Virus record (IMG/VR): IMGVR_UViG_3300003965_000020
Span: 1-43,108 of that record
Strand: one strand, 5' to 3'
DNA from: a virus
Lineage: Duplodnaviria > Caudoviricetes
Length of the DNA: 43,108 nt
Position 1 is the stretch's first letter, and every line of letters begins with the position of its first letter. Shown here in pieces: positions 37,541 to 43,108 of this stretch. Both the position numbers and the translations under genes were made by a program. Below the pieces are notes generated by a model. That model had not been told where the DNA came from, did not search any database, and was given only the letters and a program-made list of their open reading frames with translations.

Positions 37541-38799
37541 GGCTGCATTCCTTTAAGGAAATCCATCTGCGCCGGGCGCTGGGGCTCGTCCGATGGCCGC
37601 CAGATCCACGGGCCCGAAGCCGTGGGCAGCCGCGAGAGTGCGCCACGCATGTGCTGCTGCCAGAGGGTGAACTCCGTTGCCGAGCAGGCGCAAAGCGCGT
37701 GCCCGATGGGCCAGCCCATCAGCCATCCGACGAAGAGCGGGTTCAGCCGCCACCGCGACCGGCCCTTCAGGATCCGCCGCGAGACGGCGCGCCCATGCGA
37801 GGCAATCATCGAAGCCCAAAGCGGGCGCGAGATCGGGGCGTGATGCGAGGATCGCTGACCATGCAGCATTGTCGCTGGGACCGGGCGGGTGAAGCCCTGT
37901 TCCGCCCTGTAGTGCAGGATATCCATCCGGGACTTGCCATCCGCCCGGGTGATGCTGGCCTCGCTGGAACCCTTCCAATTCTGTGCGGCTGGAGTGGGCC
38001 ATTGCAGCGCCTGCGCCGATAGCTTGGGTTCGCCCCGACTGTTGATCTTGCCCCGCAGCCGATCCATCTGGTCGTCCGCCACCGGCGTTTGCCACTGTGC
38101 CGCCTGCGCTGGCAGGGGCGGCATCCCTCCCGAACCATAACTCTGGCCCGGGCCACCCTTCGCGCCATCGGTCGCCTTGGGCGTTGACCAGTTGGTGATG
38201 CCCAGCGCCAGCGCCTCCGCCTTGCGGGTGAAGTCGCTGTTTCCGGCCGGGTTGTAGTTCGCCGTGCCGGGGTGCAGACTCATAGGAGTGGGCCAGGATG
38301 AAGATGCGCAGCCGATGGTGCGGCGCGCCAACTTCTGCCGCGCTGAACAGACCCGCCGCAGGCGTGTAACCCAGACCCCAAAGCTCTCGCAGGACGGTTT
38401 CGAGGCCGAGGGTGACGTGCCCAGGTACGTTTTCGAGGAAAACCCATTCTGGGCGGCATTCCCCGATGACTCGGGCGACGTCCGGCCAGAGGTGCCGGGG
38501 ATCGTCGGCACCGCCGCGCTTTCCAGCGGCGCTAAAGGGCTGGCAGGGATATCCTGCAAGGACGATGTCGAAGGCGCCGAAGAAAGACCGGGCATCGAAT
38601 ATGCGCAGATCGTCCCAAACTGGGGCAGGGGCGAAATACCCTGCGCGCTGGGCGGCGATGAGGACGGCGCGGGGCCAGCCCTCCCATTCGACGAAGGCGC
38701 GGGTGTGGAAACCGGGTTCGGCAAGCATGACGCCCATATCCAAGCCTCCGCCGCCTGCGCAGAGGGACAATCCGTGCCGGGGACGTGACACCATGCCAT
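37537..38799 (-). CDS. Alternative-frame ORF overlapping the C5 methyltransferase; putative beta subunit with repeated W-x-T-P units and a motif IX-like segment
   Basis: 420 open codons; WPTP/WSTP/WQTP/WPTP repeats; 'RLNPLFVGWLMGWP'; stop coupled to the next ATG. Confidence 0.6.
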   Translation of the reverse strand: MAWCHVPGTDCPSAQAAEAWIWASCLPNPVSTPAPSSNGRAGPAPSSSPPSAQGISPLPQFGTICAYSMPGLSSAPSTSSLQDIPASPLAPLESAAVPTIPGTSGRTSPESSGNAAQNGFSSKTYLGTSPSASKPSCESFGVWVTRLRRVCSARQKLARRTIGCASSSWPTPMSLHPGTANYNPAGNSDFTRKAEALALGITNWSTPKATDGAKGGPGQSYGSGGMPPLPAQAAQWQTPVADDQMDRLRGKINSRGEPKLSAQALQWPTPAAQNWKGSSEASITRADGKSRMDILHYRAEQGFTRPVPATMLHGQRSSHHAPISRPLWASMIASHGRAVSRRILKGRSRWRLNPLFVGWLMGWPIGHALCACSATEFTLWQQHMRGALSRLPTASGPWIWRPSDEPQRPAQMDFLKGMQP

Positions 38800-38803
38800 T
38801 CAC
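37553..38803 (-). CDS. DNA (cytosine-5) methyltransferase
   Basis: Motif I 'LSLCAGGGG', IV 'GYPCQPFS.AG', VI 'ENV', VIII 'APHHRLRIFI', X 'LGNGV'; GTG start overlapping the upstream TGA. Confidence 0.9.
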   Translation of the reverse strand: MNGMVSRPRHGLSLCAGGGGLDMGVMLAEPGFHTRAFVEWEGWPRAVLIAAQRAGYFAPAPVWDDLRIFDARSFFGAFDIVLAGYPCQPFSAAGKRGGADDPRHLWPDVARVIGECRPEWVFLENVPGHVTLGLETVLRELWGLGYTPAAGLFSAAEVGAPHHRLRIFILAHSYESAPRHGELQPGRKQRLHPQGGGAGAGHHQLVNAQGDRWREGWPGPELWFGRDAAPASAGGTVANAGGGRPDGSAAGQDQQSGRTQAIGAGAAMAHSSRTELEGFQRGQHHPGGWQVPDGYPALQGGTGLHPPGPSDNAAWSAILASRPDLAPALGFDDCLAWARRLAADPEGPVAVAAEPALRRMADGLAHRARALRLLGNGVHPLAAAHAWRTLAAAHGFGPVDLAAIGRAPAPGADGFP

Positions 38804-39750
38804 CGGATCCCCCGCTCGCGCAGGCGTTCGGCCGTAACCAGCCCCCGGCCCAGCATGGCATCGCGCATGGTGTTGCTGATTGCGCTGACTGGCAGGTATC
38901 CGTCCGCGTTGACGATCTTGGCGTAGAAGGCGGGCAGATCGGTAATCGACTTTGCCGCCGGTTCCGGTTCGGCTTTGCGCTTGCGACGTTTCTGCCCGGC
39001 TGCTTCGACCTTGCGCTGGGCGGCGCGCTGCATGGCGCGGTCCAGCGCCTTTGGCCCATCGGGCGGTTCGGGATGCTCTTGGCGGGATGCCTCGGCGGCC
39101 ACGACGATCTCCGCCGCGGTCAGCCCCAGCTCGTCGCGCCAGCGCTGGACGTGCAGTCGAGGCGGCCAGCCTTGCCACCAGCCGGGCAGGGCGGTGGCAT
39201 CGAGGCCCAGCGCATCCAGCAGTTCCCCAAAAAACTGATCAGAGATCGCCGCGCAGGCTTGCGCGCCCTCCTCCTCCTTTACAGGTTTACTTAGGGGTTC
39301 TCTTACAAGGTTAGTCTCCGGATTCCGGAGATGGCTTTCGGCAAAATCCGGAGATGGCTTTGCCGAAAATCCGGAGATGGCTCCATGTCCGGAATCCGGA
39401 GTTGGGTCGCAGTCTCGTTCCTCGTCCGTTCCTGAAAAGCCGTCTCCGGTTTCCGGAGTTGGCTTTTGTGGAAATCCATCCTCGAATCCCAGGATGTAGC
39501 GTGTCGCCTGCCGCTTGTGGGTGCGGGGATCATGGAGGCGGACGCGATGGATTAGGCCCAGTTCCTCGAGCCGCGCTAGGTGTTCGTTCAGGGCGGAGAT
39601 CGACATTTCCGCATCGTCGGCCAGCCGGGCCTGCGTCGGGAAACAGCCAAAATCCGGGTTGTGCCGGTCGCAGAGAAACCAGAGGACGATCTTGGTGGCG
39701 GGTTTCAGCCCGCGTTGCTGGATAGCCCAGACGGTGGCCTTGTGGCTCAT
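38800..39750 (-). CDS. Replication initiator with N-terminal HTH (lambda O-like)
   Basis: 'K.VL..LCDRHN...GCFPTQARLA.D.E.S...LN.HL..LE..GLI.R'; internal iterons. Confidence 0.8.
   Translation of the reverse strand: MSHKATVWAIQQRGLKPATKIVLWFLCDRHNPDFGCFPTQARLADDAEMSISALNEHLARLEELGLIHRVRLHDPRTHKRQATRYILGFEDGFPQKPTPETGDGFSGTDEERDCDPTPDSGHGAISGFSAKPSPDFAESHLRNPETNLVREPLSKPVKEEEGAQACAAISDQFFGELLDALGLDATALPGWWQGWPPRLHVQRWRDELGLTAAEIVVAAEASRQEHPEPPDGPKALDRAMQRAAQRKVEAAGQKRRKRKAEPEPAAKSITDLPAFYAKIVNADGYLPVSAISNTMRDAMLGRGLVTAERLRERGIR
39324..39464. repeat. Iterons / probable replication origin inside the initiator gene
   Basis: TCCGGAGATGGCT at 39324, 39347 and 39370 (23-bp period); variants TCCGGAGTTGG at 39395 and 39452; AT-richer patch near 39280-39315. 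Confidence 0.75.
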
Positions 39751-40139
39751 AGTGCCGCCCTCCGCGCTGGGCGGACACGGCTGGTGAAACCATGATCGGC
39801 CAAAGCGCCCAGCGCGTCGTCGAGACTGCGGACCAGCGCCCAGCCGAAGCCCTGTACCAGCACGCCATCCCGGAACGCCTCCTGGTCGGGGCGCAATCGA
39901 CCCTTGGGTGCCTTCAGTTCCAGAAACAGGACGCGCCCATCGTACATCACCATCAGATCGGCAAAACCGGCATGCACGCCCATGCCGACCAGGATAGCCT
40001 GACGCTTTGCGCCGCGGGGGCCGGGTTCTGTCACCTCGTTGGCGCAATGGTGGATGATGGCCGTGCGGGGCAGGGCGACGCGCAGCGCCTGGACGACGGC
40101 GCGCTGCAGATCGGCCTCGGGCGTATGGCGGCGGGTCAT
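39747..40139 (-). CDS. VRR-NUC domain nuclease
   Basis: 'E..LQ', 'GV.AGFADL......V.FLELK...GR....Q..F'. Confidence 0.85.
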   Translation of the reverse strand: MTRRHTPEADLQRAVVQALRVALPRTAIIHHCANEVTEPGPRGAKRQAILVGMGVHAGFADLMVMYDGRVLFLELKAPKGRLRPDQEAFRDGVLVQGFGWALVRSLDDALGALADHGFTSRVRPARRAAL

Positions 40140-40375
40140 TGCGCGGACCTCCCGTTTTCTTCGCGCTGGGCACGTCGCACCGGGCGCCGCGCGTCGATCA
40201 CCACCAGCAGAACGCTGGCGTCCTTCCGCTCGGCCGCCGTGTCGCCATGGGTGACAAGGACATTGCAGGCCAAACGGATCAGGTGGTCGCTGTGATGGGC
40301 GACATCAGCGATGACGGCGCGGGCTTCGACGACACGGTCGGCTGGCCAGTCGGAGTTGTGGGGGTGCGGATGCAT
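40136..40375 (-). CDS. Hypothetical phage protein
   Basis: TGATG and ATGA overlaps with both neighbours. Confidence 0.55.
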   Translation of the reverse strand: MHPHPHNSDWPADRVVEARAVIADVAHHSDHLIRLACNVLVTHGDTAAERKDASVLLVVIDARRPVRRAQREENGRSAQ

Positions 40376-40632
40376 CAACGGCGCCCTCCGGCACGACGGC
40401 GGCGCGGGGCGGCCTGCTCCTGCTCCTCCAGCCATTCCTCGACGGCGGCGCGACGGTAGTAGACTTTCCGACCTGCGCGAACGCAGGCAGGACCGGTGCG
40501 CTGGGCCTCCCAACGACGCAGCGTGTCAATCGACAGGCCGAGTTCCACGGCGAGATCGAGACGGCTGATCCAGCCGACCAGCAGCGTACGGGGTTTGTCC
40601 TTCGGGTCTGGCATCGATCCAAGGCGCGGCAT
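40375..40632 (-). CDS. Excisionase/AlpA-like HTH protein
   Basis: 'LAVELGLSIDTLRRW....GP...RAGRKVYYRR.AV.EWL'; GGAG RBS. Confidence 0.85.
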   Translation of the reverse strand: MPRLGSMPDPKDKPRTLLVGWISRLDLAVELGLSIDTLRRWEAQRTGPACVRAGRKVYYRRAAVEEWLEEQEQAAPRRRRAGGRR

Positions 40633-40712
40633 TGGGGTCTCCCTGTTCCAGGCCCCCGATGACGGCGGGCGTCAGGGGGCGGTTGCAGAGAGCAGTGAGC
40701 GCAGGGCCGAAG

Positions 40713-41147
40713 GGGTGGCGGGAAGGCGCAGGGTGGCGCAAAGGAATGCACCCACGCGCCACCCCTTGTTTCATTGGGTTTTGCGCGTCGGGCGGCGTGG
40801 CGTGGGGTTGGGCAAGCCGTCGTGGCAAATGGGCCAAATGGACGCCAAAGCTGCAAACACCTGCGAACACCCGGATTTACAGGTGATTGACCGGCATTGG
40901 CAGGCAAAGAGGGGGTGGCATCCGGCACGGCACCCCTGCCACCCATTGATTTGCTTGGAAATTTTCAGGCGCAGCATGCATTACATCAGTGATTCCAGCC
41001 TGGCGGACGCCAGGTAGGGCGCGGGAAAGGCTGACATCCATCATCACGCGCGCCGATGATCGGCCCCTTTAGCGCTGAAACCTCAATGAAACAAGGGGTG
41101 GCGCTAGGAGGGCGACCTTTCCGCCACCCTGCGCCTTCCCGCCACCC
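40713..41147. repeat. Imperfect inverted repeats of about 75 bp (40713-40787 and 41072-41147) with multiple GGGTGGC(G) boxes
   Basis: GGGTGGCGGGAAGGCGCAGGGTGGCG...CGCCACCCCTTGTTTCATTG is mirrored by CAATGAAACAAGGGGTGGCG...CGCCACCCTGCGCCTTCCCGCCACCC. Confidence 0.85.
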
Positions 41148-41217
41148 GAACTGCCATGCTTGCCTTGATAGTGCGGCGGAACCACGCCTCATGTCGGATG
41201 CAAGAAGGATCCAACGC

Positions 41218-42483
41218 ATGCCCGAACGCATCAAGCTGACTGAAAAAGTGCTCCGTGAAGCCGTACCCATTGTGGGGCGCGACTACCAGATATTCGACAC
41301 CGATGTACGCGGGTTTGCCGCCTGCATCTACCGTGGCGGCGGGCGGGCCTTCACCCTCGACTATCGCCACGCCGGGCGGCAGCGCCGGATGACCTTCGGA
41401 CGCTGGCCGGAATGGTCCGTGTCGGCGGCCCGGGAACGGGCCAAGGAAATCCGGCGCGAGATCGACGCCGGTGCGGATCCGTTGGCCCAGCGCGGGGCGC
41501 TGCGCGAAGCGCCGCGTGTGGACGACCTGATCGAACGCTACTGTGCCCAGCACCTGCCAAAACTGGCTGAACGGAACGCGTCCGACCAGAAATCTGCGCT
41601 GGCCAAGATGGTGGCCCCGGTCTGGGGCCGGAAGCTGGTGACGGAAATCACCTCGACCGACGTTGACAAGCTGCTGAACAAAGTGGCCGAGGGTCGGCCC
41701 CGGCCGCACAAGGAAAAACCCAACAACCGGGCCAAAAAGCTGCAGCCCGCAAAGCCCACCCCGGTGCGTGCCAACCGCATCGGGGAGGTGTTGCGCAAGA
41801 TGTTCACTTTGGCGGTCGAATGGGGGTGGTGCGAGGACAATCCCGCCCAGCGCTTCCATCGCCGGATTGAGACAGCGCGGGAGCGGTTCCTGTCAAAGGA
41901 TGAAATCAACAGCCTTGCCGCAGCCCTCGATGCTGCTGAAGACCGCCGCGCTGCCGACATCATCCGCATGTGCATGCTGACCGGTGCGCGTCTGGGTGAG
42001 GTGCGGCAGGCCCGGTTCGAACAGTTCAACCTTGAACACATGAGCTGGTCAAAGCCGCCTGCCATGACGAAACAGCGCCGGGTGCATCGTGTGCCGATTT
42101 CGGATGAAACCGCCAGCATCGTGCGCCAGCGTCTGTTGTCGGTGCCGCGCGGCACGCCGTGGCTGTTCCCCAGCGACACGCCCGGCCAGCCGGTGCAGGA
42201 GGTGCGGCGGTTCTGGGCGCAGATCCAGAAGGAGTGTGGGCTGCAGGAAGTCCACATCCACGATCTGCGTCATACCTTTGCATCTTTGCTGGTCAGCGGC
42301 GGGGCCTCGCTGGAAATGATCGGCAAACTGCTGGGCCACAGCCAAATGCAGACCACGCTGCGCTATGCCCACCTGATGGACTCGCCGCTGCGCGCCGGGG
42401 TGGATGCCGTCGCCAGCGCCTTCCGGCCAAAGCCCCGGTTGGTTCACGATGCCGATGATCAAGGTGGCCGAAAGACCGCGTGA
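41218..42483 (+). CDS. int: Tyrosine integrase with N-terminal arm-binding domain
   Basis: 'TGARLGE', 'HDLRHTFAS', 'LLGHSQ..TT.RYAH' catalytic residues; N-terminal 'D....GF...R.T.GRWP..SV..AR'. Confidence 0.95.
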   Translation: MPERIKLTEKVLREAVPIVGRDYQIFDTDVRGFAACIYRGGGRAFTLDYRHAGRQRRMTFGRWPEWSVSAARERAKEIRREIDAGADPLAQRGALREAPRVDDLIERYCAQHLPKLAERNASDQKSALAKMVAPVWGRKLVTEITSTDVDKLLNKVAEGRPRPHKEKPNNRAKKLQPAKPTPVRANRIGEVLRKMFTLAVEWGWCEDNPAQRFHRRIETARERFLSKDEINSLAAALDAAEDRRAADIIRMCMLTGARLGEVRQARFEQFNLEHMSWSKPPAMTKQRRVHRVPISDETASIVRQRLLSVPRGTPWLFPSDTPGQPVQEVRRFWAQIQKECGLQEVHIHDLRHTFASLLVSGGASLEMIGKLLGHSQMQTTLRYAHLMDSPLRAGVDAVASAFRPKPRLVHDADDQGGRKTA

Positions 42484-42508
42484 TCCGGAGCAGCCCGGAC
42501 CCTGATCA

Positions 42509-43108
42509 TCACGCATCCTCTCGTCGCAGTGCCCTCCATATCGGCGTGATCCGCCGCCGGATGCTGCGGCTATCGGGCATTTTCTTGCCGTCCGACCGGT
42601 CCGCGAACCACTCCTGCATCTCGGCAACCAGGTCTGCTTGGGTGTCGGGCAGACCGTGATCGAAAATGCGCACGATCAGAGCGATGTTCATCCCTTCCCA
42701 ATCATAGGAGGTTGAAACCCCGGGTCCGGCCGCCACGCGTCGGATCATGTCGTTCTCGTCCTCGAAGGCGTGAACCTCTTCGGCCATGATCACCATATCA
42801 GCCACAGCCACTGTTATGCCGTACACTGGATCGGTGATCAGCAACCAATCCTGACGCCCGGCAGGCTGAATGCGCCGCATGATCCCTTCCGATGGCCCTG
42901 TCCCGCAACGCCGGAAAAGCGGCATCAACTCCATTGGCGACAAGGTGACCTTGCCTGCAATGACCTCATCGCCACAGCGGACTGCGGTAATGCCGGTCAG
43001 GATTCGGAACCTGCCTGCATCGGCCCACCCCGCGATATCTGCGATGTTGCACCCCCAGCGCGCTGAGGTTTCGTGAAGGGTCAGATAAACGCGGGCGGGT
43101 AAAGCCAT
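42509..43108 (-). CDS. Conserved hypothetical protein with HTH-like termini (possible regulator)
   Basis: N-terminal 'TLHETSARWGCNIADIAGWA'; C-terminal 'GLP.TQA.LV.EMQEWF...PD.RSIRRRI'. Confidence 0.6.
   Translation of the reverse strand: MALPARVYLTLHETSARWGCNIADIAGWADAGRFRILTGITAVRCGDEVIAGKVTLSPMELMPLFRRCGTGPSEGIMRRIQPAGRQDWLLITDPVYGITVAVADMVIMAEEVHAFEDENDMIRRVAAGPGVSTSYDWEGMNIALIVRIFDHGLPDTQADLVAEMQEWFADRSDGKKMPDSRSIRRRITPIWRALRREDA

Larger units (their letters stand above)
2746..43108 (-). mobile_element. Lambda-like (siphovirus) prophage; boundaries not determined and may extend beyond the window
   Basis: Ordered lysis, tail, head, terminase, cos, replication and xis/int modules with many 1-4 nt gene overlaps. 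Confidence 0.93.

Noticed and set aside
42484-42508. att site next to the integrase
   Set aside because: No tRNA and no matching direct repeat found by eye; the element appears to continue past the window

Overview
GC-rich window, most likely alphaproteobacterial (Rhodobacteraceae-like), filled almost entirely by a lambda-like siphovirus prophage encoded mainly on the minus strand. Read from right to left it has a tyrosine integrase/excisionase pair, a VRR-NUC nuclease, an HTH replication initiator with internal iterons, a C5 cytosine methyltransferase, a lambda-like cos site, two ParB-methyltransferase fusions, terminase, portal, protease, capsid, tail, receptor-binding and lysis genes. The most notable cargo lies next to cos and is visibly lower in GC: dndC, a small ORF, dndD and a DndE-ATPase fusion, plus a convergent tusA sulfur carrier. 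This is a phage-borne DNA phosphorothioation-type module lacking dndA/iscS, dndB and dndFGH. Other points of note: the C5 methyltransferase region is dual-coding over about 1.25 kb (M.EcoHK31I-like alpha/beta split); the tail-chaperone frameshift product is interrupted at a G7 tract; a vWA domain is inserted in the tail tip protein; there are further low-GC morons; and long inverted repeats lie between xis and int with no recognisable CI repressor. All family calls come from motif recognition by eye, not database searches. No att sites, RNA genes or CRISPR arrays were identified.
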